Positions 1-11,200 of a DNA stretch of 48,153 bases are shown here, in pieces. The translations under genes and the position numbers were made by a program. The stretch lies in contig NC_057752.1 of the NCBI RefSeq assembly GCF_004010195.1, forward strand, positions 13,357,755 through 13,405,907, read 5' to 3'. The notes under the pieces were generated by a model. It ran no database searches, had not been told where the DNA came from, and saw only the letters and a list, made by a program, of their open reading frames with translations. Positions within the stretch are counted from its first letter, which is position 1. The number at the start of each line of letters is the position of its first letter. The stretch is from Chiloscyllium plagiosum. Taxonomy: Eukaryota.

Positions 1-855
1 GGAAATTTACCAGGATGTTACCTGGTCTGGGCAGTGGGGATTTACCAGGATGTTGCCTGGTCTGGGGCAGGGGAAATTTACCAGGATGTTGCCTGGTCTG
101 GGGCAGGGGAAATTTACCAGGATGTTGCCTGGTCTGGGGCAGGGGAAATTTACCAGGATGTTGCCTGGTCTGGGGCAGGGGAAATTTACCAGGATGTTGC
201 CTGGTCTGGGGCAGTGGAAATTTACCAGGATGTTACCTGGTCTGGGCAGTGGGGATTTACCAGGATGTTGCCTGGTCTGGGGCAGGGGAAATTTACCAGG
301 ATGTTGCCTGGTCTGGGGCAGTGGGGATTTACCAGGATGTTGCCTGGTCTGGGGCAGGGGAGATTTACCAGGATGTTGCCTGGTCTGGAGCAGGGGAAAT
401 TTACCAGGATGTTGCCTGGTCTGGGGCAGTGGGGATTTACCTGGATGTTGTCCAGTCTGGAGCAGTGGGGATTTACCAGGATGTTTCCCGGTCTGGAGCA
501 GGGGAGATTTACCAGGATGTTGCCTGGTCTGGAGCAGGGGGGATTTACCAGGATGTTGTCCATTCGGGAGCAGAGGAGATTTACCAGGATGTTGTCCGGT
601 CTGGTGCAGGGATAATTTACCAGGATGTTGCCTGGTCTGGAGCAGGGGAGATTTACCAGGATATTGGCTGGTCTGGAGCAGGGGAAATTTACCAGGATGG
701 TGCCTGGTCTGGAGCAGAGGAGATTTACCAGGATATTGCATGGTCTGGAGCAGGTGGCATTTTTCAGGACTTTGCCTCATCTGGGGCAGTGGGGATTTCC
801 CAGGATGTTATCTGGCCTGGAGCAGGTGGGAGTTACCGGGATGTTGCCTGGTCTG
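1..855 (+). repeat. 36-bp minisatellite (GGGGAAATTTACCAGGATGTTGCCTGGTCTGGGGCA), ~24 copies, runs off the window start; CR1-derived
   Basis: Period 36 (TTTACC at 77 and 113). The unit encodes FTRMLPGL, as in the CR1 ORF2 C-terminus, and is followed directly by a CR1 3' end. Confidence 0.95.
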
Positions 856-1280
856 TAGTGTTTCTGTGATGGAGAGAGATTGGACAGACTGGGGTGTTTT
901 CCTTGGAGCAGAGGAGATTGAGGAGAGGACATTACTGAGATGTATCCAATAATGAGGGATATAGACAGGGTGGACAGGAAGGAACCTTTCCCTTGACAGC
1001 AGAACCAATGGTCAGGAGGTGTCGACTTAAGACAAGGGGCAGGATGTTCAGAGGAGATGGGGAAAGACCTTTGTCCCAAGAGGATGGTGGGAATATGGAA
1101 CTCCCTGCTTGTAGTGGTGAGAGAGGCAGAAATCCTCATCACATTGAAAAAAGATGTTTCACTTGTGATGACAAGTGCAGAAAAATGGGAAAAGAATAGT
1201 TCGGGGTTTGTTTTTGACCATGCTGACTTGATGGGCTGAAGGGTCATTTTTTTGTGCTGTTGACATCTGTGACTCTATGA
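856..1280 (+). mobile_element. CR1 LINE 3' fragment, degraded
   Basis: Remnants of RL..LG.F.LE.RRLR and VGIWNSL, plus the 3' end GATGGGCTGAAGGG...GTGCTGT...CTCTATGA. Confidence 0.8.
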
Positions 1281-1344
1281 CTGTACTTTCCATCCATCTG
1301 TGATGTGGTAACACCCTATGTATCATGGTATCACAAGAGACACT

Positions 1345-1715
1345 TCAGGCTATCATCCAGGCTGACACTCCATTGCAATGCTGAGGGAGTGCTGCACAGT
1401 CAGAGGTGCCATCTTTTGCATGAGACATTAAACCGATGTTCTGTCGGTCCTCTCAGGTTGATGTAGCAGGTTGCACTAGCTACAAGACATGAAAGGGAGT
1501 TCTCAACAGTATCCTAGCCAACATTTGTCCCTCAATCAACATCTCTGAATCAGTTTGGAGGTGATTAAGTTGCTGTTGGAGAGACCTCACTGTGTGCAAA
1601 TTGGTTTCCAAACTCCCTGGAAGGTGACAGTACTTTACCAACTACTTCAAAGGTTGCAAAGCGATTTTGGTCATTGTTCGGTTGTGACGGGTGCTACATA
1701 AAAGCAAGTCTTTCT
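1345..1715 (+). mobile_element. Deu-domain SINE (SacSINE1/AmnSINE1-like), old copy
   Basis: GAGGTGCCATCTTTTGCATGAGACATTAAACCGA...CTCTCAGGT...GGGAGTTCTC...TCCTAGCCAACATTTGTCCCTCAATCAACATC matches the Deu-domain consensus as recalled. Confidence 0.7.
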
Positions 1716-2324
1716 TTTTATATTTATGTCACCCTCTCTCCCTTTCCTTTTGCACTCAATCATTGCAGCAGTAGCCAGGATCACAAATATTAAATGATCA
1801 GCGATCGGTCACCCTGCAAAGAGGAAGGCAGGGCCTGCACTCACTGGCAGTGCCCAGCGGTGACACCAACCTTGCCATACGGCATGTCACTGCAGGAGAC
1901 AGTTGGGCATCAGTGAGATGGAAGGGCAGGTTCATAGAATGGGAGGCCAGCCCAGCTGTAGGTCGAGGCACTAGACAGCACTCAGTTCCCGAAAGCCACG
2001 TACCAGGAAGGAAGCTTGACAGGAGGTTGTTTGGGTGTGTGCGGAATTGCTTCCAAGAATGAATGAAACATGCTGGCACAAAGTCAAGTTTCAGGAATTA
2101 CAAACGAAAAGAAAAAGTCTGAAAGTGGTGGCAATTGTACCTGGAAACTTGTCTTGGGGAGCATTTACTCACTGAAGAAACAAAATAGCAAACAGAAGCA
2201 ACACAAGAGTACTTGAAGGAGCTCCGTGAATCTAATCAAGGATGGCACATCAATACTAACGGGGCGATCAGAAACTGATGTGGCAGTCTTTCTCCTGCCG
2301 CTTATTCCCCAGTGTCTGCACCCC

Positions 2325-2630
2325 TTTTTCCCAGGGTGGGGAAGTTCAAAATTAGAGGGCATAGTTTTAAAATGAGAGGAGAGAGATTTAAAGGGGACCA
2401 GAGGGGGCAATGTTTTCCCCACAGAAGATAGTTCGTACGTGGAATGAACTGTCAGAGGAAGTGATGGATGCAGGCATATTACGTGTTTAAAAGGCATTTG
2501 GATAGGTACATGCAAAGGAAAGGTTTAGAGGGATATGCAGGCAAATGAGACTGGTTGGGTTTGGGAAACTTGGTCAGCATAGACGGGCTGGACTGAAGGG
2601 CCTGTTTCCGAGCTGTATGACTCTATGTAA
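2325..2630 (+). mobile_element. CR1 (HER1-like) LINE 3' fragment
   Basis: AGAGGGCATAGTTTTAA...TGGAATGAACTG...GAAGGGCCTGTTTCC...CTGTATGACTCTATG. Confidence 0.85.
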
Positions 2631-2711
2631 GGTTGAAAGGATCTGAGCATATAGATTATTCTATTAATTATATCACTGAGCTGCACAGGTACATTGATTA
2701 CCTCAAGAGAG

Positions 2712-3009
2712 AATCATAGAATCCCTACGGTGCAGGTAGAGGCCATTTAGCCCATTGAGCCTCCACAAAGCATCCCACCTAGAACCCCACTCTATTCTCA
2801 TAATCCCACATTTCCCACAGCCAATCCACCCTAACCTGCACATCCCTGGGCACTATGGGACAATTTAGCATGGCCAATCCACCCTAACCTGCACATCCCT
2901 AACCTGCCTCACGAACCTGCAAATTCCACACAGATAGTTGCCCGAGGCTGGAATCAAACGCAAGTCCCTGGTGCTGTGAGGCAGTAATGCTAACCACTGA
3001 GCCACTGTG
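2712..3009 (-). mobile_element. HE1-type tRNA-derived V-SINE
   Basis: Similar along its length to the copy at 41135-41457, with a tRNA head GTGGCTCAGTGGTTAGC on the - strand. Confidence 0.8.
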
Positions 3010-4392
3010 TTGGAGGGCTCTTGTGTTACAGTGGTAGTGTCCCTGTCTCTGAGCCAGATGACCTGGGTTCAAGTTGCACCTGTTTCAAAGAGGTGTCATA
3101 ACATAACTGAGCAAAGAGAGACCCAAGCATATCAGATGAGCAAGTGGATCCCCTCGAGGGGAAGTAACCTTGGGCTGAAGTGACCTTGAACAGCTCCAGG
3201 AAGCAGCCTTTCTTTCACTGTTATGCTGGCACTAAGGTGTCCTTGGAAAAGGAATGTGCAGCATCCTCAGGTACATGCAAAGTGCCTGGTGGGTACCGCA
3301 GGGACTGACATACCTCAGTAGCTTTACTTACAGTGCCCCTTTCAGAGCTGGTCATTAGTTGAGATGATTGAATGTGTTCACAGAGAGAATGCAGGGTCAG
3401 AAGTTTAGCAGGTAGAAGGCATAATACTGTATTCTATCAATAAGCCAACTCTCAAGAAAAGGATTTGCATCTCATTTCTTACTTTATGAATTGGCTTGGG
3501 ATCCATTTCACAATAAATATGAAGCTTTTGGTTTTATTAATTAGCAAGCAGCAAATAAGGGAGTGAAGCGTCAATACTGTCACCAGAATGGAGGGGGTGG
3601 GGGGAAATGATGGAAGTGTTTTATTTACCTACACTGCTGGGACAGAGAAAGCTTTGTTGCAGGCAGGGACTGAAGTGGGGAATGAAGTGTCATCCAAAAG
3701 GGAATTGGTGAAGTATTTGAAAAGGAAGGTGATAAAGGGGATTGGAATCAGAATGTCATTAACACAGACGTATTTTCTTTCATTCATTTATTGGATATGG
3801 CATCACCCTGAATGCATCTTCTTGTAGCATCTACACTATCTGCTGCTGTAATATCTCCCATTTTTTCATGTTTGCCATTGCTAGTTCCATTGGCAATGCT
3901 GGCACTAAAAAGCGTGGGCATCAGATTGTGAATGCCAGGGTCAGACACTTGTGAACTCAAACACGCCAAAAGAAATGCCAGCTTCTGATCACCAACCAAT
4001 CATCCTGCCATTGTAGATGTATTCTCTCTTAAAACTGGCAGCTGGGGAAATGCCAGATTTTGGATATTGCCAGATTTCAGGTCGAGTGCTTTTCGGCACT
4101 GCGCGGTCTGGGTCAGTCCAGGTCAGGTGGGGTCACGGGTCACTTGAAACTTGGCGGGTAAGTGGCGGAACAGTGAACAATTCCATCACCGTACAGCACT
4201 TAGCCAATCACCCAGGTAAGTTAATGTTAATTGAGTAATTTTTAAAACAAAATAATGCATGACTAGTTTTCAGACAACTCTAGCTTTTAGCTTTGAGAGC
4301 ATGTATCTTTAAAGCTCCTGCAGTTTTATGGTCATATTGGAATATGGCCTGACAAGCAGGAAGGAAATTCCTGGCTCCCACAGAGCATGTGC

Positions 4393-4732
4393 CCAGGGCA
4401 TGGATAGGATAAATCGACAAGATCTTTTCCCTGGGGTGGGGGAGCCCAGAACTAAGATGAGAAGGAAAAGGTTTAAAAGGGACCTAAGGGGCAATGTTTT
4501 CTTGCAGAGGGTGGTACGTGTATGGAATGTGCTGCCAGATGAAGTGGTGGAGGCTGGTACAATTACAACATTTAAAAGGAATCTGGATGGGTATATGAAT
4601 AGGAAGGGTTTGGAGGGACATGGGCCAGGTGCTGGCAAATGGGACTAATTTCGGATAGCTGGTCAGCATGGACAAGTTGGACCGAAGGGTCTGTTTCCGT
4701 GCTGTACATTTCTATGACACTATGACTCTATT
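4393..4732 (+). mobile_element. CR1 (HER1-like) LINE 3' fragment
   Basis: ORF 4328-4648 reads LFPGVGEPRT...RVVRVWNVLPDEVVEAGTITTFKRNLDGYM, the CR1 ORF2 C-terminus. Confidence 0.9.
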
Positions 4733-4934
4733 CTGTCCAAAGTGTATTGGTCTTCCAGCGCTAAGAGCTGCTCACAATTGATTGTTGAAGACTGGCACAT
4801 TCCAATGTCCAAAACTGCATGTCGAGGAATTTGTTAGAACTTTGCTGCGAAAGCTGAATGGGGAGGAGGACACTTTGTAAGAGCCAACATAGTCTGCTAA
4901 AGAGCCGGAATCTGCAAAATCCCTCAGTCTGCTT

Positions 4935-6060
4935 AACATGAGGGTAGATGAAGAACAACCAGTAGATGTAATCCACTTGGATAAGGTACTGCACAAAAGG
5001 TTAATGCACAACATAATGGCTCACAGAGTTTAAGGTAATATCTTAGCACAGATAGAGGATTGGTTAAAGGACAATAAAGAAAGTCTAGGGGCAAATAGGG
5101 CATTTTCAATTTGGCAGACTATTGCCCTACAACATGGTAGATGGAGTATAATGAGGGCGAGTGTGTGGTTATTCACTTTAGTTATTCAAGCAAAGCAGAA
5201 AATTTTTAAAAGGCACGAAATTTGTAAGTATAGGTCTTCAGACAGATGTAGGTTCACTCGTACAAGAAATAGAAAATGTTAGCATGCAGGCAATTAGGCA
5301 AATTCTAACCAGACTAGACAAAGTAAACACAGGAAGGATGTGTAATGATACAGGGTAGACCATTCGGACTGGGCTGAGGAGAAATATCTTCACCCAGCGA
5401 GTGGGGGAGCCTGTGGAATTCTCTACCATAGAAAGTGGCTGGTAAGTGTTGTCAAGAAGGAGTTCTTGAAATAGTTTAGATTAGATTAGATTGGATTAGA
5501 TTACTTACAGTGTGGAAACAGTTCTTAGAGATATGTAATTATAGAGTCATAGAATCATACAGCATGGAAACAGGCCCTTCGGTCCAACCAGTCCATGCCG
5601 ACCATAATCCCAAACTGAACTAGTCCCATTTGCCTGCTCCTGGCCCTTATTCATCTAATCCTTTCCTATTCATGTACTATCCAAATGTCTTTTAAATGTT
5701 GTAATTGTACCCATGTCCTCTAGAAGTTCATTTCACATGCGAACTACCCTCTGTGTAAAACTTTGACCCATGTCTTTTTTAAATCTCTCTCCTCTCACCT
5801 TAAAAATGTGCTCCCGAGTCTTGAAATGCCCCATTCTAGGGAAAAGACAACTATCATTAACCCGATCTATACCCTCATGATTTTATAAACTTCTATCGGG
5901 TCACCGCTCAATCTCCTCAGGCTAAAGGTATCAAAGGATATGGGGGAGAAAGTGGGGACAGGAGACTGAGTTGGATGATCAGCCATGATCATATTGAATG
6001 GGGTAGCAGGCTCAAAGGGCTGAATGACCTACTCTTGCTCCTATTCTCTATGTTTCTATG
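4935..6060 (+). mobile_element. Degraded CR1 RT/3' fragment with a nested antisense CR1 3' end (~5543-5920) and a short SINE tail (~5475-5520)
   Basis: Remnants of PVDVI.LD and WL, CR1 3' end at ~6000-6060, inverted CATAGAATCATACAGCATGGAAACAGGCCCTTCGG at ~5548. Confidence 0.7.
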
Positions 6061-6164
6061 CTTCAAATGGCATGTTGGCTTTAATTGTTGGGATTGAAAA
6101 CAAGAATTGGGGAGTGGTGTGAATGCTTCATTGTGGAGTGTATGCAAGGTTTGGAATAAACAGA

Positions 6165-6460
6165 GGAGCAAATCACTACAGCTGAAAACTAAAAAAATCA
6201 GAAACAAAAGCGGAAGTTGCTAGAAAAGCTCAGCATCTTTGGAGAGAAATCAAAGTTAATGCTTCAGTTAACACAGTTCTGAGGAAGGGTTACTGGACCT
6301 GAAATGTTAACCCTGGTTTCTCTCCACAGATGCTGCCAGCCCTGCTGAAGTTACTGCAGATGCTGGAATCTCGACCGAAAGCACCAAGGCAGCATCCACG
6401 GAGAGAGAGCGAGCTAACGTTTCTAGTCTAGATGACTCCTCATCAGAGCTTCATCAGAAT
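6165..6460. mobile_element. Penelope-like pseudo-LTR remnants with minimal hammerhead motifs (family C)
   Basis: + strand GTT-CTGAGGA-AGGGTTACTGGACCT-GAAA-TGTT-AAC (6276-6311). - strand AGCT-CTGATGA-GGAGTCATCTAGACTA-GAAA-CGTT-AGCT (6450-6412). Confidence 0.65.
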
Positions 6461-6879
6461 GGATCGACTTTTGGTCTGTCAGGGAATCGAAGGGGAGGGG
6501 AAGATCAGCCAAGAATGGCGGAGCAGGTGCCGTGGACTGAATGGGGTCCTCCAGTTCCTATTCTTTGTGGTTTTCTGACGTGTACAATGTAAATATAGTC
6601 TGCAATTGAGATGTCTGCACCTACAGCTTGCTGCACATAGCACTGAAAGACATGGAGAAAGAAAAAAGTCCTTTCGGTGCAGACTTTGTGCATCCACTCG
6701 TCCCTCGGCTGCAACAGTACAAAGTACATTTGCACCAAGTGGCAGAAAGCTGACCCTCGCCTCCCTTGTGTTCCATCCTCCACTGCTGAAACGCTCGCCC
6801 ACAGAGTTCCCCCACGCTGTTGCTAGCGACCTCACTGGCATTACCACCCACGCCAACTTTAATCTCCATGCAACGTTTC

Positions 6880-7660
6880 CCCCGAAAACAACAAGTTGGT
6901 TCGGCTCCGGGCTCGCAGCTGAGTAAACAAGGGGGGGCGAAAGGTTTGCCGATGAGCCCTCGGAGAGAAAGAAGGGGGGGGGCACGAATCCAGCGGCGAC
7001 CTTGTCCAGCAGCACTTGGCATGCCGGAGTGACCGAGTGCTGTTCTAATTGGCTGCCTCCAGTTAGATGCGCTCACCGCCCACATCCTGAAACCAGGTAC
7101 AGGACCGTTCACAGAGAGGGAGAAAACACTGTCCGACTGAGGAGGGGGTGGGAAGGTCCCGTTCAGTCCGACACAGCAAGATTGCTATCAAGGAGCACCG
7201 TTTTCACCAGAAAAGTAGAGAGGCGCTGACATATTTGTCCAAACAGGACACTGTGTGTGCGTCAGGATGAGGGAAGTGACCGTCTATCGCTCCGTTTACA
7301 CCGAGGACCGCTTCGAGCAACACTTCGGCAGGTCCCCTGGCGAAGACCGAGCTTCGGCGGGAAGCTGGAAGCAGCTGGTGGGGAGGAGCTGCGCGTGCTC
7401 GGGGAACGCGTGGAGACGCTCGGTGAGGGCGCGCGTGCCTTGCCTCTCGTGGCTGCCCAGGTACAAGTTCAAGCGCTGGCTGACTGGGGACATCATCGCC
7501 GGCCTGACAGTGGGCATCATCCACATCCCGCAAGGTAACCTCACGGAAGCTCTCTCCCATTCGCGGGGTGGGCTGGATGCGGTTTTCACAGACCCGACGG
7601 GGTCGGCTCTCATCCAGCAGCCGGGCTGGGCACAGGGCTGCGGGTCTGCTCAATGCATTT
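6880..7660 (+). promoter_or_regulatory. CpG/GC-rich promoter and first-exon region of slc26a10
   Basis: Visibly higher CpG density than the flanks. Contains CAGCTG (6916-6921), forkhead motif GTAAACA (6923-6929), G-runs and an inverted CCAAT (ATTGG 7048-7052). Possible 5'UTR intron at 7097-7246. Confidence 0.55.
7267..7534 (+). CDS. slc26a10: SLC26A10-like anion transporter, coding exon 1 (MREVTVYRSVYTEDRF...WLPRYKFKRWLTGDIIAGLTVGIIHIPQ-G)
   Basis: Contains the SLC26 N-terminal/TM1 motif WLPxY...GD..AGLTVG..HIPQG. Donor CAAG|GTAACC at 7534/7535, phase 1. The start ATG at 7267 is inferred. Confidence 0.85.
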
Positions 7661-7731
7661 TCAAATCACTAATAACTCTGAGTGAACCAGCCCCCCGCCC
7701 CCGTCCAACACTCTCGGACACTACATTTCAG

Positions 7732-8215
7732 GACGTGGATCCTTGGGAGAGGGTGCAGAGGGGGTTCACCAGGAGAGAGGTTGAGTAGATTAGGATTATT
7801 TTCATTAGAAAGACGGAGGTGGGAAGGGGGCACCTGATTCAGAGCTACAAAGCCATGAGAGGTATACACAGGATGGATAGCAAGAAGCTTTTCCCCAGAT
7901 TAACGGACTCAATGACTGGGGGTCATGACTTTGAGATGAGAGCGGAAACATTTAGGGGGGAGATATTCATGGAAAGTTCTTCACACAGAGGATGGCAGGT
8001 GCCTGAAACGCGTTGCCAGCAAGAGATGGTAGAGCTGGGCACGATAGTGTCATGTAAGATGTATCGAAACAGTTACTTGAATGGGCAGGAAACACAGGGA
8101 TACAGATCCTGAGGAAATAGGCAACAGGTTGAGATAGAGGATCTGGATTGGCGCAGGCTTGGAGAGCCAAAGGGCCTGTTCCTGTGCTGGAATGTTCTTT
8201 GTTCTTTATTGCTCT
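7732..8215 (+). mobile_element. CR1 LINE 3' fragment in intron 1
   Basis: DV..LERVQR.FTR...LFSLERRR...KLFP remnants and 3' end AAGGGCCTGTTCCTGTGCTG. Confidence 0.85.
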
Positions 8216-8227
8216 TCGTTCTTTGAA

Positions 8228-11200
8228 TGAATCTGCCAACTCCCACACTCTCAGACAGTACATTCCAGACCCTAACCCCTCAAATGAACCACACTCTCAG
8301 ACAGTACATTCCAGACCCTAACCCCTCAAATGAACTTGCCTCCCCCACACTCTCAGACAGTACATTCCAGACCCTAACCCCTCAAATGAACTTGCCTCCC
8401 CCACACTCTCAGACAGTACATTCCAGACCCTAAGCCCTCAAATGAACTTGCCTCCCCCACACTCTCAGACCGCACATTCCAGACCCGAACCCCTCGAGTG
8501 AACCTGCCTCCCTCACACTCTCAGACAGTACATTCCAGACCCTAACCCCTCGAGTGAACCTGCCTCTCCCCACACTCTCAGGCAGTACATCCCAGACCCT
8601 AACCCCTCAAGTGACCCTGCCTCTCCCCACTCCCTCAGACAGTACATTCCAGACCCTAAGCCCTCGAGTGAACCTGCCTCCCCCCACACTCTCAGACAGT
8701 AAATTCCAGACCGTAACCCCATGAATGAACTGCCTCCCCCCACAATCTCAGACAGTACATTCCAGACCCTAACCCCTCGAGTGAACCTGCCTCTCCCCAC
8801 ACTCTCAGACAGTACATCCCAGACCCTAACCCCTCAAGTGACCCTGCCTCTCCCCACTCCCTCAGACAGTACATTCCAGACCCTAAGCCCTCGAGTGAAC
8901 CTGCCTCCCCCCACACTCTCAGACAGTAAATTCCAGACCGTAACCCCATGAATGAACTGCCTCCCCCCACAATCTCAGACAGTACATTCCAGACCCTAAC
9001 CCCTCGAGTGACCCTGCCTCTCCCCACACTCTCAGACAGTACATTCCGGACCCTAACCCTTCGAGTGACTCTGCCGCCCCCCACACTGTAAGGCAGTACT
9101 TCCAGACCCTAACCCCTCGAGTGAACCTGCCTCCTCCCCACATTCTCAGACAGTACATTCCAGACCCTAACCCCTCGAGTGAACCAGCCTCACCCCCACA
9201 TTCTCAGACAGTACATTCCAGACCCGAACCCCTCGAGTGAACCCACCTCACCCCCACACTCTCAGACAGTACATTCCAGACCCTAACCCCTCGAGTGAAC
9301 CTGCCTCTCCCCACACTCTCAGGCAGTACATCCCAGACCCTAACCCCTCAAGTGACCCTGCCTCTCCCCACTCCCTCAGACAGTACATTCCAGACCCTAA
9401 GCCCTCGAGTGACCCTGCCTCCCCCACTCTCTCAGACAGTACATTCCAGACCCTAAGCCCTCGAATGAAACTGCCTCCCCCCACACTCTGAGACAGGACA
9501 TTTCAGACCCTAACCCCTCGAGTGGATCTGTCTCCCCCCACACTCTCAGACAGTACATTCCAGACCCTAACCCCTCGAGTGAACCTGCCTCCCCCCCGAA
9601 ACTCTCAGGCAGTACATTCCAGACCCTAACACCTCGAGTGAACCTCCCTCCCCTCCACACTCTCAGACAGCGCATCCCAGACCCTAACCCCTCGGGTGAA
9701 CCCGCCTCTCCCCACACCCTCAGACAGTACATTCCAGACCCTAACCCCTCGAATGAAACTGCCTCCCCCCACACTCTGAGACAGTACATTCCAGACCCTA
9801 AGCCCTCGNNNNNNNNNNNNNNNNNNNNNNNNNNNNNNNNNNNNNNNNNNNNNNNNNNNNNNNNNNNNNNNNNNNNNNNNNNNNNNNNNNNNNNNNNNNN
9901 NNNNNNNNNNNNNNNNNNNNNNNNNNNNNNNNNNNNNNNNNNNNNNNNNNNNNNNNNNNNNNNNNNNNNNNNNNNNNNNNNNNNNNNNNNNNNNNNNNNN
10001 NNNNNNNNNNNNNNNNNNNNNNNNNNNNNNNNNNNNNNNNNNNNNNNNNNNNNNNNNNNNNNNNNNNNNNNNNNNNNNNNNNNNNNNNNNNNNNNNNNNN
10101 NNNNNNNNNNNNNNNNNNNNNNNNNNNNNNNNNNNNNNNNNNNNNNNNNNNNNNNNNNNNNNNNNNNNNNNNNNNNNNNNNNNNNNNNNNNNNNNNNNNN
10201 NNNNNNNNNNNNNNNNNNNNNNNNNNNNNNNNNNNNNNNNNNNNNNNNNNNNNNNNNNNNNNNNNNNNNNNNNNNNNNNNNNNNNNNNNNNNNNNNNNNN
10301 NNNNNNNNNNNNNNNNNNNNNNNNNNNNNNNNNNNNNNNNNNNNNNNNNNNNNNNNNNNNNNNNNNNNNNNNNNNNNNNNNNNNNNNNNNNNNNNNNNNN
10401 NNNNNNNNNNNNNNNNNNNNNNNNNNNNNNNNNNNNNNNNNNNNNNNNNNNNNNNNNNNNNNNNACCCTAACACCTCGGGTGAACCTCCCTCCCCCCCAC
10501 ACTCTCAGACAGCACACCCCAGACCCTAACCCCTCGAGTGAACCCGCCTCTCCCCACACCCTCAGACAGTACATTCCAGACCCTAACCCCTCGAGTGACC
10601 CTGGCACCGCCAACTCGCTCAGATAGTACATTCCAGACCCTAACCGCTTGAGTGAACCTCCCTCCCTCCACACTCTCAGACAGTACATTCCAGACCCTAA
10701 CCCCTCGAGTGACCCATCCTCACCCCCCATACTCTCAGACAGTACATTCCAGATCCTAACCCCTCGAGTGAATCTGCCTCTCCCCACACTCTCAGGCAGT
10801 ACATTCCAGACCCTAAACCCTCGAGTGAACCTGGCTCCCTCCAAACTCTCAGAGAGTACATTCCAGACCCTAAACCCTCGAGTGAACCTGCCTCCCCCCA
10901 CACTCCCCGACAGTACATTCCAGACCCTAACCCTTCGAGTGACTCTGCCTCCCCCCACACTGTAAGGCAGTACTTCCAGACCCTAACCCCTCGAGTGAAC
11001 CTGCCTCCCCCCCACACTCTCAGACAGTACATTCCAGACCCTAACCCCTCGAGTGACCCTGCCTCCCCACACACTCTCAGACAGCACATTGCAGACCCTA
11101 ACCCCTCGAGTGAACCTGCCTCTCCCCACACTCTCAGGCAGTACATTCCAGACCCTAACCCCTCAAGTGAACCTGCCTCACCCCCACACTCTCAGTCAGT

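Noticed and set aside
7..952. Long overlapping ORFs (257-300 aa) on both strands
   Set aside because: They are a by-product of a stop-poor 36-bp (12-codon) tandem unit. There is no unique domain or splice context.
6479..7229. Overlapping 100-180 aa ORFs upstream of slc26a10
   Set aside because: GC-rich promoter sequence with few stops and no recognisable protein similarity.
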